NCBI GenBank assembly: GCA_964016885.1
Contig: OZ024756.1
Location: 10,044,001 to 10,108,000, forward strand
From: Eledone cirrhosa
Taxonomy: Eukaryota
DNA length: 64,000 bases
Direction: 5' to 3'
The notes beneath the pieces were generated by a model, which was given only the letters and a program-made list of their open reading frames with translations, was not told where the DNA came from and made no database searches. Below are positions 12,946-28,159 of this stretch, one piece after another (positions within the stretch are counted from its first letter, which is position 1; each line of letters begins with the position of its first letter). Position numbers and translations under genes: made by a program.

Positions 12946-13225
12946 GCTCCCAAAGGCTACATTAGTGATACGCTCTTGCTTCTCAATATTCTCTACCAGA
13001 TATTTTGTTTTAGTCTCATTCATTCTCAGCCCCACACTCATCGACACAGTCTCAACCTCCCGCATTAAATCCTCTTTTAACCATCTTTTGATCTTATATA
13101 TTATTTATACTCCAGTCCTACAAACTGTAGAGTGCAACTTATCCGATATCTGCATTGCTTTATTGTACTACAATAAAACTCACCTCCTACACATATATAT
13201 ATATGTGTGTGTATATATATATATG

Positions 13226-13257
<32 letters not shown>

Positions 13258-13889
13258 TATATATATTTATATATATGTATATATATATATATATATATAT
13301 GAACGGAAAAAATGAAACGAAATTTCATTTCCCACTCTTAGTACGTCTGTTACTTAAATATAAGTATGTACACGTACATACATATATGTATACAGACGTA
13401 CAGTAGTATGTATATATATATACGTACATGCACACATATATATATGTATGTATGGATTCACCAAGCATCCATTACTATGCTCTGTCTTTTAAATATGTTA
13501 ATTATTTTCAACTGAACCAGATCAATAATGATATATAGTCATCTGATCCAGAAATATATGGAGTAGCGAAACAATTGTAAACGGACATTATTAATATTAA
13601 TATTATTATTATTATTCTCTACATTCCTTACATCAAACTAAAATATGTTGACAATCTTTTAATAATGTCTTCCTTGTGAAATTTGTGGTCTTGTTTTGCT
13701 TAACTAATGAATATTTCCAGCTCTGTGTACCTAACCTCTGCATGAACCCAGCCACCTAGCTGCCTTCCACTGCATATTGCACATTGAGCACATGTCTTCA
13801 CGCTTTGGCTTCTAACTAATTCACTAATCTCTCCTCTCATATCTCCTCTACTATCTCCATCTCTCTCTTTAAGATTGGTTACTCTTGAA

Positions 13890-13965
<76 letters not shown>

Positions 13966-14322
13966 GTATATATATCCGAATTCGCAGACCAGACCCCTTC
14001 TTCTTCCTCCCGTTAGACCTGTGCGAAATTCCTTCCTTGCTCACATTTCAACCAGGTCTGATGGTCTTTATTCTCTAGTTCACAATTTTATCGAGTTTAT
14101 ATTCATAGAAATCTGGGACTTGTCTCTTTCTTCTCACTTTCTGTTGCTTAAACCATTTTGTTTGTTCACCCTAACGTTCTCTTTTTTTAGCCGTTGTTCG
14201 CACCAACCTGAGGTATATGGCCCTTAAAGCGATGAAATGCCTAGGACAGTTGGAGGGTCACTGATGAAGGACTCACTTTTTTATATGTAACCCATTTGCA
14301 ACGCCGCAGCTCCATTATTATC

Positions 14323-15385
<1,063 letters not shown>

Positions 15386-15591
15386 ATGAAGGAATTGTGG
15401 TAAGAAACGAGATGGGTTGAAACAGATTGAGTTCTGCCGTCGGGATCATACTTTTTCTTATGTATACATATATGTATATATATATGTGTGTATATCATCA
15501 TCATCATCATCATTTTACGTCCGCTTTTCCCTGCTTGCAAGTGTATATATATGTATCTATATGTATATATATATGTATATTTATATATGTA

Positions 15592-15662
<71 letters not shown>

Positions 15663-15979
15663 CTATACTATAAAGCTGACGGCCGTATGTATGTAACAAA
15701 CTTTCCGCCAAACGGCACCAAATTTGCACCATAGATGTAACTTTTTCCAAGTAAAAACGTGAGGGTATTTTTGTCTACTGAATTTTGTTCAAATGTCAAC
15801 ACTTTCGGTTATACGGCATTCCTAACGTCTTCACGAACAAAGTATCATCTACCTGTTTTCTTTCGGTTGTAACGTTTTTCGAAATATTTACTTCTGCATT
15901 CACAGATTGATTTTTTTAGTTTCAGAAGATCCCGTTAAGGGTGAAAGCAGCGATTCTTTGCTTAAACTTTAATCTGTTA

Positions 15980-16011
<32 letters not shown>

Positions 16012-16083
16012 CATTATGAAGAGAGAAGAAACATTTAGATATAATTAGTAATAAAATGTATCATACCTAAACTGCTCCTAGAT

Positions 16084-16173
16084 TCCTCGACTACGTAGTT
16101 TCGTGGCATAAACAAAAACAATACATCATAAAGATATAGAGTCCTTGCGAGGTCTGCCGACTTATCAAGAGGA
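16084..16173 (-). ncRNA. Degenerate type I hammerhead ribozyme
   Basis: TCCTC-TTGATAA-GTCGGCA...TGCCAC-GAAA-CTACGTAG-TC-GAGGA: stems intact, palindromic stem III, GUC triplet, two core substitutions. Confidence 0.6.
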
Positions 16174-17345
16174 TACCTCATTTTACTAGCTTCAAGAATG
16201 CGTCTACACGACGTGAGAAAGAATCCCAAAAGGCGGAGGGGGAGATAGTCACGCGATATAACGGTCGATATATATATATATATATATATATAATTATATA
16301 TACGAATACATAATTATATACAGATATTTTTGCATATACAAAAACAAAATATAAACAAACGTATTTATTTCACGAAAGCACAGACGGCTTATCCTCATTG
16401 TTACTGCCGATATGCCACCCAAAAAGTCCTAGACTGGGTGCAAGATCAGATTTTCCAGAAGAAAAAATGTTACTAGAGCAACAGAGAGACTAAGCTTCAC
16501 GATTACCATCAACAAAGCACAGGGTCAAACCCTAAATGTGGTTGGCCTTCATCTGGGAAAACCATGGTCAATTGTATGTAGGATGCTACAATCTCTTCAT
16601 CTTTGCTCCCGAGGACCGAACAAAAAATATTGTATACTCTGAGGCTGCTCTAACAATGTAATTTATGTATTTTCTGTTACTTGGAATTTCCATTATGGTT
16701 GTACAAATTATTGTAAAGTTTGTTAAAAAATGTGTTCTCTATTCAACCTTTATTGTTGTAACTATCAATTTTCTTTAACGTACTGGCTGAGAAAAGAAAC
16801 CTATAATTAAAGAACATCTTAAAGTTTACCCAAGCCAAATGTATTTATTAACATTTCTATCTGCAGGTTCTTATCAAGCTTACTGGCGCTTTAGTATGGT
16901 ATTCAATTCTCATATCGTTTTTTATTGATATGGTGCATATATCGCAGCTATTCATATGTTTTAAACATTAGATAACGATTGCTGATGTATATTGTACGAC
17001 AGAATTAGTGGAAAAATATTTTGAATGAACAAATAAAAGAGAGATGTTTGTTGGTTGGTTCCTTCGCGTATCACAAAAAAAAAAACGAAGTGAAAATCGG
17101 AAAGTATGTACAGGATTGGGATAAGAATATATCCAGGAAAGTTTATTGATATTAATTTTATAACACCAAAGAAGAAGAAAGATATACCACGTATGCTAAC
17201 CAACCTGACTGCTATTTCTAGCAGGTTGGGAATCAACCACAAGGGATTCTCTCTGCGAGTTCGTTGTCAGTGATGATCGTGTGGTTTACACACACACACG
17301 CACACGAACACTCACACAGGCACACATATATATATACACACACAC

Positions 17346-17376
<31 letters not shown>

Positions 17377-17394
17377 TATATATATATATATAGA

Positions 17395-17765
17395 TCGTGT
17401 AGGTGTCACGACAAAAAACACACAGTCCACGCTGTAAATGTGGCCGTGTAGGCAACACGGTAAAAACCTCCCAGCCCCACACTGTAAATGTGGTTGGTGT
17501 TAGGAAGGGCATCCAGCTGTAGAAAACCCGCCAGACAGTCCACGCTGTAATGTGGCCGTGTAGGCAACACGGTAAAAACCTCCCAGCCCCACACTGTAAA
17601 TGTGGTTGGTGTTAGGAAGGGCATCCAACTGTAGAAAACCCGCCAGACAGTCCTATGCGAGCAAGACAACCACTCTTGCCTCAAGTGGGAAAACCCCCGT
17701 CCAAACCCATGCAAGCGTGGAACACGGACGCTAAACCTGATGATGATGATGATGATGATGATGAT
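17395..17765 (+). mobile_element. RTE LINE 3' UTR copy with internal duplication and (GAT)n tail
   Basis: Matches the 3' UTR at 55091-55340(-) and 62010-62250(+). Confidence 0.8.
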
Positions 17766-18008
17766 ATATATATATATATATATATATATTCCCAACGATT
17801 GACTTTTGTCAAATCGGACCGAGGAAACAGTGTTTCCATTGGTCTTTCCAATTGCTAATACTATCTATCGGTCGCAACTCCAGGTAGAAGGAGTAACGTG
17901 AAATAAAGTGTCTTGCTCAAGGACATAACGCATCGCCCGGTCCAGGAATCGAACTCACAACCTCACGATTGCGAATCCAGTTCTCTAACCACTCAGCCAC
18001 ACGCCTTC

Positions 18009-18186
<178 letters not shown>

Positions 18187-18350
18187 AACACACACAAACA
18201 TACACACACATACACTGTGAACAAGACAATGCATTCAATACAGACAGTTTCTCTTCTGCCGGTTTTCTCTTATTTGTTAACCCTAACGAAGCTGGGTACC
18301 TCAACTAGTATATATATATGTATATATATATATAAGTATGTATACATACA

Positions 18351-18945
18351 TGGTGGCTGCCAACTCGTTTTCGAGTACGGCCACTACTTTATATCCATGT
18401 AGGAGAAGCCCTACCGATGCGTTAAACAAGTGTGACTTTTTAGTCCAGCCAGCGACTTGAAAACTCTGGTACAAACACTACACCTGTGACAATTCTTGAC
18501 ACATAGTGCTGGGCCCACGGCACCATGTGACGACAAGTGCAGAGATATCTCCAGATATAAAGCAATGCCTGTGCCGTGAAGCTTTTATAGTGAGCAAAGG
18601 CACTGCACAAAGCCAGTCTCACTCTCTTAACCAAGATGATATTTACCAAAAAGAAGAACAAGTCAACATCATTGGATACCATCAGGGTTGCAGGTGTTAT
18701 ATCAGAGTTTTCCTTCTCCTAGAATTCTGCCTTGACAAAGGCTAAGGGGTCATCTCTCCCAGTGATTTTGGATGGCCATTGACTCTTAAGAGCTCCTTTT
18801 ACCTTTGACATCCTGCAGGATGTCCAAAGTCACCCTCCTCACCAAGAAACCTTGGTGGGGTTGCCAGTTTAGTCGCCAACGACCCGACCATGAGACAGGT
18901 TGTACTGGAATACATGTTACCAGTAGCACCAACTGGTGACCTGAC
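18351..18945 (-). mobile_element. ~600-bp non-autonomous repeat, RTE-related
   Basis: Near-identical copy at 30897-31505. Contains AGCCTTTGTCAAGGCAGAATTCTAGGAGAAGGAAAACTC (minus), resembling an RTE 5' UTR motif. Both copies sit in (CATA)n. Confidence 0.75.
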
Positions 18946-19008
18946 ATACATACATACATACATATATGCATACAGACGTACACTAGTATGTATATACATA
19001 CATACATG

Positions 19009-19041
<33 letters not shown>

Positions 19042-19163
19042 GTACGTATGGGTTTACCAAACGTTTATTATAATGCTCGGTTTGTTTGTAAACAAACAGC
19101 CCGAATTAAGCCGTACAGTGTTTAGCAACCATCGTTGCCCTTTTGTTCAACTCTGACAAAGGA

Positions 19164-19206
19164 ACGATGAACTAGTTTCTAGCTTATTAACTGTCATCAG
19201 CATTGT
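19164..19206 (-). ncRNA. Minimal type I hammerhead ribozyme
   Basis: ACAATG-CTGATGA-CAGTT(AATA)AGCTA-GAAA-CTAG-TT-CATCGT: intact core, palindromic ACTAGT stem III, mismatch at the base of stem II. Confidence 0.65.
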
Positions 19207-19513
19207 ATACCTTCCTCTCAGTCGATTGAACGTTTGAAAATATATACTTTCCTTATGCATATTAACGGCTGAGCAGCCTAATTTGCATATCGAGTGAGTT
19301 AATCGGCCGGGCACACCGAAAACGATAAATGGAAAAAATGAAATTTCATTTCTCGCTCTTAGTACGGCTGATACTTAAATATAAGTATGTATACGTACAT
19401 ACATATATGTATACAGACGTACACTAGTATGTATATACATACATACATGCACACATAAGAACGTATGGGTTTACCGAACATTTAAATGTAGATATAAACA
19501 CATATATATAGTC

Positions 19514-19559
19514 TAACAAAGTTCTTTCGTTGCACATCTGCAACATCATCAGTTATGTT
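19514..19559 (-). ncRNA. Hammerhead ribozyme motif at the 3' end of a Penelope-like element
   Basis: AACATAA-CTGATGA-T-GTTGCA(GATG)TGCAAC-GAAA-GAACTT-TGTT: perfect stem II, weak stems I and III; lies downstream of the PLE RT fragment. Confidence 0.6.
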
Positions 19560-19959
19560 CTCCTGTTATATTGTATGTGTACACCATTTTTATTTTATAT
19601 GTTTATTTATTTATTTTTGTCTTCTTCTCTGCGTTTGCGTGTGTGTATAGTGTTTGGTGTATGTGTGTGTTCGCGTTTGGGTGACTGTATTTTGGTTATT
19701 GTATTCTATCTTAGTTTACTAGTGTGTGTTTATATGTGTTTGTTGTTATTGTGCTTGTGTATATATTTATTTATTTATTTATATTTCCCTGAAGTCAGTA
19801 TTGTTTGTTTGGGTGTTGTTGTTATTCCATTCATTCTTTCTGTTTAGCTTTGGCTTTCTAATCTCTATTTCACTTGCTTCTCTGATTTGCCTATCTTATG
19901 CTATAGACTACATTTCTAGCTTTATAGTTTATCTGGGGGGTTTACTTTACATATAACAC

Positions 19960-20688
19960 ATTTCCTATTAGTACAGTGGGTTTTCTTAAAAGGGTATGTT
20001 TTGCAGGGCCTTTCTACACTGGTTAGCTAATTTCCCTCCAGGGGTAGCGCCCACGAACATGACACTCTGGTATCTCTGGTTGTCGTACCATGAGGTGGTT
20101 TTCCCTACCTTATGTTTAGTCCTATCTAAGCTATTCCACGATTTGCTCCTGTATAATGGGCAAATTCCTTTCATGTCCAGTTCTATGAGGGTCTTATACT
20201 ACTCCGTGGCTCCTTTGTATACTCTGACTCTGTCTCTTTGGTTGTAGCCAGAGAACTGCAAGCGGTTGATGAAGTGTTGGATGTGTCTTTCCATTTCTGT
20301 TGGGTTGCACATGCGGGACATGTTCTTCATCACTCGTACCAAGTCTGCGATCAGAATATTAAACTTAGCAATATTGGACATTGCTGAGTTTATGAGTATC
20401 AGGTATTTGGAGGGCATGGGTTTAGCGTAGTGTGAGTGGAGAATTTGGTTCCTCTCGTCTATAGTGTTGATCCAGAGTTCCGTGTCTAATACAGGTAGTC
20501 TACTGTTAGGGTGTTTGGAAGGGTAGTCGATAGTTACAGTTATACTCTGGTGTATGGAGTTAGCTATCTGCTGGATGCTTTCCCTTGTGCTACATTCTAA
20601 ATCATATTTATTAGTACTCTATTGTGGGGGTCTCCTTATTACTATATTAATATCATCTACGTAACGAGAATACATGATAAGGTCTATA
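19960..20688 (-). mobile_element. Penelope-like element reverse transcriptase/thumb fragment
   Basis: YSRYVDDINIV...LPVLDTELW...HYAKPM...LQFSGY...SVMFVGATPGG, with stops. Confidence 0.8.
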
Positions 20689-20884
20689 CAGAAGCGAAAA
20701 CCAACCAAACAGTGAGTGTTTTCTGTTAGTATTACTGGCAATATTATTACAACAATATGACCCTCCCCAAGTATAACAATATATATATATATAAATATAT
20801 ATATATATATGTATCTGTTATATATATATATACAATGATATTAAATAAATGGAAACTATATTTATAAAACCATATTTATTAGAT

Positions 20885-21457
20885 TATATATATGTCAAGG
20901 GTACCAAAAATTTTGGTACGCTATCATCAGATAAAATACAAAGTGTGTTTTATAAATTTTGACATAACCAAGGAGCATATACCTTAACGGTTCAAGTTAT
21001 CCCTGGATAGTGAAGTGAAGGGAAGAGAAGAAAAGTCAGATATTTCAAATTATTAAGATGAGTATGCAAATGAGGTTTATGTAAAAGGTCTGAAAAAAAC
21101 GTTATTTTAGACGCTATGGAAAATTTAAATAATTATGATAAGTTATTGTATGCGTAGGAAAGAAGAGAATGGAAGAAAGGCTAGCATTTACGTTAATTTG
21201 GGGGAAAAGATTTATTTACCTATATTATGAGTTATAATATTGTATATATAATCAATTTTGACATAAGTAGAAGATTTTATATCAGATCTCCTAAGTGTAT
21301 GGTTATGGTTATTCCAGCGTTCTTTAAATTTTGTTGAAGTGGCACCAATATAGTTAAATATTTTGTCTCTAGTTTTAACTGTGCATTTATAAACTATGTT
21401 TTTGTCTAAATACTTATTTTGTAAAGGGCAGTTTGATTTGATTCTACAGTTACATTT
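20885..21457 (-). mobile_element. Penelope-like (Naiad-type) GIY-YIG fragment with 3' UTR and degenerate hammerhead
   Basis: KCNCRIKSNCPLQNKYLDKNIVYKCTV...NYIGATSTKFKERWNNH. Downstream on the minus strand, at ~20890-20930: CTGATGA-TAGCGTACCAAAATTTTTGGTACCCTT-GACA. Confidence 0.75.
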
Positions 21458-21661
21458 ACTACTACATATATATATATATATATGTATGTATCTGTTATAT
21501 TTATATGTATGTATGTATATATATGTGTATGTATCTGTTATATATATATATATATATATGTTTGTATATATATGTGTATGTATGTATATATGTATATATC
21601 ATCATCGTTTAACGTCTACCTTCCACGCTAGCATGGGTTAGATATATATGTATGTATATAT

Positions 21662-21707
<46 letters not shown>

Positions 21708-21905
21708 ATGTGTCTGTGTTTATACGCATATACATGCATACATACAAATGCATGCACGTATATATACACATACATATATATACACATGTATATATAATGC
21801 AGTGTCTTGTTTCAACGACCTTGTATTATAATTTCCTGTACAATGTATATAATACTTTCTTCTCTCTCTCTCTCTCTTATATATATACGTGTATGTGTGT
21901 GTGTA

Positions 21906-21958
<53 letters not shown>

Positions 21959-22397
21959 ATGTATCAGAATCATTATGTGTGTGTGTATCAGAATCATTAT
22001 GTGTGTCTGTTGGATCTTAAGAAACCCTGAAACATTTGAAGGCATGTTGGGAAAAAGTTTCCTCTTTCTATTCAACTAGTGGGACTAAGCATTGGATACA
22101 CACACACACACACATACACGCGCGTACACACACACACGTACACACCCACACACGTATACGTACACACACACACGTTTACATATACATACATATATACATG
22201 CCCACACATGTGTGCACCCACACATGTACATACACATATATATACACACACACCCACACATGTACATACACATATATATACACACACACACATATATGTC
22301 ATCAACATAGACTTTTACAGTTTTACTGATATATATATATATATGTGTGTGTGTATGTATGTTTATATATATATATATATGTGTGTGCGTGTATGTT

Positions 22398-22434
<37 letters not shown>

Positions 22435-22572
22435 ATGTTTATATATGTATGTGTATGTGTGTGTGTATGTTTATATATGTATGTGTATGTTTATATATAT
22501 ATATATGTGTATCTGTTTTTTATATATATATGTGTGTGTGTGTATGTTTATATATATGTGTATGTGTGTGTT

Positions 22573-22609
<37 letters not shown>

Positions 22610-22638
22610 ATGTTTATATATATGTGTATGTGTGTGTT

Positions 22639-22669
<31 letters not shown>

Positions 22670-23536
22670 GTGTGTGTTTACGAAATCACTTAATTTCTAT
22701 GAAACTGAAGTCAAGTCAGTTCTGAAAATAACAATTGGAAAAGTCAACGAGTGCAGTTGTTGTATATTGAGACTGTTGTTGTTGTTGTTGTTGTTGTTGT
22801 GGTGGTGGTCATGGTGGTGGTGGTGGTGGTGGTAGTTGTTGTTGTGGTGGTGGTGGTGGTGGTAGTTGTTATGATGGTGGTGGTGATGGTAGTTGTTATA
22901 GTGGTGTACAGTGATGGTGGTGGTGGTGGTGGTGGTGGTTGTAATTGTAGTAGTGGTACTGGGGGTGTAGGAGTGGTTGTTGTTGATGGTGAATGTGTTA
23001 TGTTAATATTTTAATTACTAATATCTTAATGAAAAAAAAATGAAGTGGGTGGTGTGGGAGGGGGTTCTACACCTTTGGTTGGTCCCACATCTCAATAAGA
23101 CCTTATACTTATATTAATTGTTTCTATTTTAGGCACAAGGCCAGCAAATCACCAGTACATTACTGGTACTTTATTTTATCGACCCCTTAAGGATGAAAGG
23201 CAAAGTTAACCTCGGCGGAATTTGAACTCAGATCATAAAGGGACGTAACTCTATGCATCAAAGCATGGTGTCCGACTATCTACCGAATACACACTGAATA
23301 TATGTGTGTGTGTTTTCCAAACTCTATTGTTCCAACACACTCTCTCTCTCTCCATTTCCTGAAGAAGGACTTATGTCTGATACAGCAAAACCTTCATTTA
23401 CTTTTACCCAAGCATAAAACTTATAAGACTTTATGCTTTTGTATCTCTGTGTTTATCTTGTCTATTTTTGAACTATATATATATATATATAGTGACGAAA
23501 CATAAGTCAATTGCATGAACTCATAATCCTTTATTT

Positions 23537-23592
23537 ACTGCTATATATATTTCGATGATAGCCATTGAATGGCTATGACCTCATCAGGCAGT
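23537..23592 (-). ncRNA. Minimal type I hammerhead ribozyme
   Basis: ACTGC-CTGATGA-GGTCATAGCCATT(C)AATGGCTATCATC-GAAA-TATATA-TA-GCAGT: intact core, 5-bp stem I, long stem II, palindromic stem III, AUA triplet, then AATAAA. Confidence 0.8.
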
Positions 23593-24524
23593 TAGTCAGT
23601 TCTTAGATATGCCAGCTCTGTGTTTATAGTGTTGATGGTATCAGAGCCTTGGGACATATGAGCTTGTTAGGAATAATTTAATGTTGTCAGCAGGAATAGT
23701 CTTGATTCTCATTGGTAAGTTTGCAGATGGTAGTAGGGTTAGTATTTGACCTCAAAGAGGCAGGTGGTTTTGTAAAGTTCAAACCGTCAGGCAAGATGAC
23801 AATAGTTCCATATATATATATATATATATCATCATCATCATCATAATTTAATATCCATTTTTCCATGCTGGCATGGTTTAGGCGAGTTATCCTGTTGTGA
23901 GCAATGCTAGGTTGAGTGACTATATATATATATATACACACGCACCCAAAATACATCCTGGCCCAACTTGTCTCATAATATTACGACCTGTCTTACTCAT
24001 GCAAGTATGGAAAAATGGACGTTAATTTATGTTGTTGATGATATCTTATTCTAGCACACCAAACCTTGTGAAAAATATAACCTTTTCTAACATAGCGAAA
24101 TTAATAAGTCATAATATGTTTAGGTAATTATAGAAATAACAAAAATTGCATAAATAGGAATATTTGTCCTTTAGAAGAGGTATATAATTAGCACTGGGGT
24201 ATATAAATATAAGGTTAGTACCAACAACCTCTAGTGTGGCTTACATAGAATTAACAGCTACCAGATTTAAAGCTAGATATCATGTTCATGACCACTCATT
24301 TCTTAATCTGGTAAGAAGGAAAGCTACTTCCTTATCAGCTGACATCTGAAGTTTCAATATGGGTTACATTAAAAGATCTTGGTAAAGACTGGATTATCAT
24401 CATCATCACCTCCACCACCTCCATATAACATTTATTTTCCATGGTTGTTTGGGTTTTTGATGGGCTGTCACATGCTGAAAATTGACCAGTTAGGTGACCA
24501 CGTCCTGCTCGTATGCTTCATTTT

Positions 24525-24990
24525 GGTTTACCGAATGGACTGGGTGCTTTTCATCATGGCATCAATACTACTACTTTACAGAGTGGGCTGGGTGCATTTA
24601 ATCGTGGCATCAGCAGCACTGCTACTTTACAGAGTGTACTGGGTGCATTGTATCATGACACCAACACTACCACTTTACAGAGTGTACAGGGTGTATTTTA
24701 TCATGACACCAACACTACCACTTTACAGAGTGTACTGGGTGCATTGTATCATGACACCAACACTACCACTTTACTTAGTGTACTGGGTGCATTGTATCAT
24801 GACACCAACACTACCACTTTACAGAGTGTACTTGGTGTATTTTATCATGACACCAACACTACCACTTTAGAGAGTGTACTGGGTGTATTTTATCATGACA
24901 CCAACACTACCACTTTAGAGAGTGTACTGGGTGTATTTTATCATGACACCAACACTACCACTTTACAGAGTGTACTGGGTGCATTGCCAT
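24525..24990. repeat. 48-bp minisatellite, about 9-10 copies
   Basis: Unit CCACTTTACAGAGTGTACTGGGTGCATTGTATCATGACACCAACACTA; reverse-complement relative of the 47315 array. Confidence 0.9.
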
Positions 24991-25674
24991 GATACATCAT
25001 GGCAATTAAAAGAATCAGCCTAGATTGACTGAACAATGTATAGCAAGATTGCTATCAACTGTGGGTTTATGAAACTATCTTTTTTTTCTCTGTATATGTG
25101 TGTGTGTATCTATATATATAAACACACGTGTATATATGCGTATGTGTATATAAAGGGGTATATAAAACAGTCTGCCTGTAAGTTAAGAGTTCATATTATT
25201 TGCTGCAAATGTCCCATTGTGTTTTCACTACATTCATCATCCATCTGTCTGTGAAAATATATCCCAAATCATTAGGAAATATCTACAACTGACAGCAGAT
25301 CCATTATCGAAGATGGAGTGTATTTCATTTCTCATGTATTTCATACTGCAAAATTTAAGTCTAAAGTCTGTCTCAAATCAGGAGGTTCATCAGACCAGTG
25401 CTTATACTGGTTTCCATGGCGTGAAGTGAACAAGACTACCACCTGGACAGGATGCCTGTCCATTGCAGGTTTACCACCACCCCAGCTACTGCCGCTACTA
25501 ATTTTCCGCTGAGTATACTGGAGCAACGTGAAATGAAGTGTATTGCTCAAGAACACAACACACAACCCCGTCCAGGAATCAAACCCATGACATTATGATC
25601 ATAAGTCCAACACCCTTACCACTAGGTCACATGTCTCCACCTTAAGTTAATTGTTGGTTATTAAACATACAGAT

Positions 25675-27450
25675 ATAGTGTGATGTGATGTGGTGTGTTG
25701 TGATATGTTGTGTTCTGATATAGTGTGTTGTGTTGTGATGTGATATAGTGTGTTGTGTTGTGATGTGATATAGCGTGTTGTGATGTGATATAGTGTGTTG
25801 TGTTGTGGTGTGATATAGTGTGTTGTGTTGTGATGTGATATAGTGTGTTGTGATGTGATATGATATAGTGTGTTGTGTTGTTATGTGATATAGCGTGTTG
25901 TGTTGTTATGTGATATAGCGTGTTGTGTGTGATGTGATATAGTGTGTTGTGTTGTGATGTGATATAATGTGTTATGTTGTTATGTGATATAGTGTGTTGT
26001 GTTGTTATGTGATGTGATATAGCGTGTTGTGTTGTTATGTGATATAGCGTGTTGTGTTGTGATGTGATATAGTGTGTTGTGATGTGATGTAGTGTGTTGT
26101 GTTGTTATGTGATATAGTGTGTTGTGTTGGGATGTGATATAGTGTGTTGTGATGGGTTGTGTTGTTATGTGATATAGTGTAATGTAGTGTGTTGTGTTGT
26201 TATGTGATATAGTGTGTTGTGTTGTGTTTTGATGTGATATAGTGTGTTGTGATGTAGTGTGTTGTGTTGTTATGTGATATAGTGTGTTGTGTTGTTATGT
26301 GATATAGTGTGTTGTGTTGTGATGTGATATAGTGTGTTGTGTTGTGATATAGTGTGTTGTGATGGGTTGTGTTGTTATGTGATATAGTGTGTTGTGTTGT
26401 CATGTGATATAGTGTAATGTGTTGTAATGTGGTGTAGTGTGTTGTGTTGTTATGTGATATAGTGTGTTGTGTTGTGATGTGATATAGTGTGTTGTGATGT
26501 GATATAGTGTGTTGTGTTTTGATGTGATATAGTGTGTTGTGATGTAGTGTGTTGTGTTGTTATGTGATATAGTGTGTTGTGTTATCATGTAATATAGTGT
26601 AATGTGTTGTAATGTGGTGTGGTGTGTTGTAGTGTGTTGTGTTGTTATGTGATATAGTGTGTTGTGTTGTGTTGTCATGTGATATAGTGTGTTGTGTTAT
26701 GTGATATAGTGTGTTGTATTGTGATGTGATGTAGTGTGTTGTGTTGTTATGTGATATAGTGTGTTGTGTTGTTATGTGATATAGTGTGGTGTGATGTAGT
26801 GTGTTGTGTTGTGATGTGATATAGTGTGTTGTGATGTGATATAGCGTGTTGTGTTGTGATGTGATGTAGTGTGTTGTGTTGTTATGTGATATAGTGTGTT
26901 GTGTTGTGGTGTGATGTAGTGTGTTGTGTTGTGATGTGATGTGATATAGTGTGTTGTGTTGTTATGTGATATAGTGTGTTGTGTTGTGATGTAGTGTGTT
27001 GTGTTGTGATGTGATGTAGTGTGTTGTGTTGTGATGTGATGTAGTGTGTTGTGTTGTTATGTGATATAGTGTGTTGTGTTGTTATGTGATATAGTGTGGT
27101 GTGTTGTGTTGTGATGTGATATAGTGTGTTGTGTTGTGATGTGATGTAGTGTGTTGTGTTGTTATGTGATATAGTGTGTTGTGTTGTGGTGTGATGTAGT
27201 GTGTTGTGTTGTTATGTGATATAGCGTGTTGTGTTGTTATGTGATATAGCGTGTTGTGTTGTGGTGTGATGTAGTGTGTTGTGTTGTTATGTGATATAGT
27301 GTGTTGTGTTGTTATGTGATATAGTGTGTTGTATGTGTTGTTATGTGATATAGTGTGTTGTGTTGTTATGTGATATAGTGTGTTGTATTGTGATGTGATG
27401 TAGTGTGTTGTGTTGTTATGTGATATAGTGTGTTGTGTTGTGATGTGATG
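25675..27450. repeat. Compound pentamer satellite (GTGTT/GTGAT/ATAGT)
   Basis: Seen directly. Confidence 0.95.
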
Positions 27451-28159
27451 AACCAGATAACTTTAAGAAGAATTGAAACTACAATTCTTGGATGAAATAT
27501 CATGTTCATCTTCTGCAGAAATCAATGAGAGAACCTGTATGTAGTTTCTGCTGAAATTAATAACAAAATCTCCCTCAGATCACATCGTGCCATCTCAGAC
27601 CCCAACAAATACACATTATATAAGTCGAGGCACATGACTTGGTGTTTAGAGAATTGGATTCACAATAATGAGGTTTTCAGTACTATTCCTGGACTGGGTG
27701 ATGTGTTATGTTCTTGAGCAAGTCACTTTATTTACTGTTGATCTTTCTGCCAGGAGTTGTAACCAGGAGACAGTATCAGCAATGGAAACATTGTTTCCTT
27801 GGTCTGTGAATTAGGTCTGGGATATTGTTGATTGTTAAGAAAGAACATAGTCCTGAATATATTGTCTAAGAAATTGATGGGATTGTCATGATTGGAATGT
27901 CTTTTATTAAACATAGCTCTGTTCTTCAATCAGCAACACCAACTGTGATTTCTATTTCATTGTTAGAAATTTGTTGAGGTGATGAGTGGGGTGGTGGTGG
28001 CAGTGGTGGGGTAAGGTTTGGCAAGGGGAAGTGGTGGGGTAGGGTTTGGCAGGGGGCAGTGGTGGAGTAGGGTTCAACAGCTCAAATAGTTACTTAAATT
28101 CTCTCATTAATTCAAAATCCTCAATTGTAATGTAATAATCATCAGCACCGTCATTAATA

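Noticed and set aside
13535-13590. Hammerhead-like GAAACAATTGTA (also GAAACATAAGTC at ~23496)
   Set aside because: Only the 3' half is present; no CUGANGA core with pairing stems.
27744-27830. Possible Ig exon (GDSISNGNIVSLVCEL)
   Set aside because: Flanked by in-frame stops, lacks the Ig Trp, and lies at the end of a decayed SINE.
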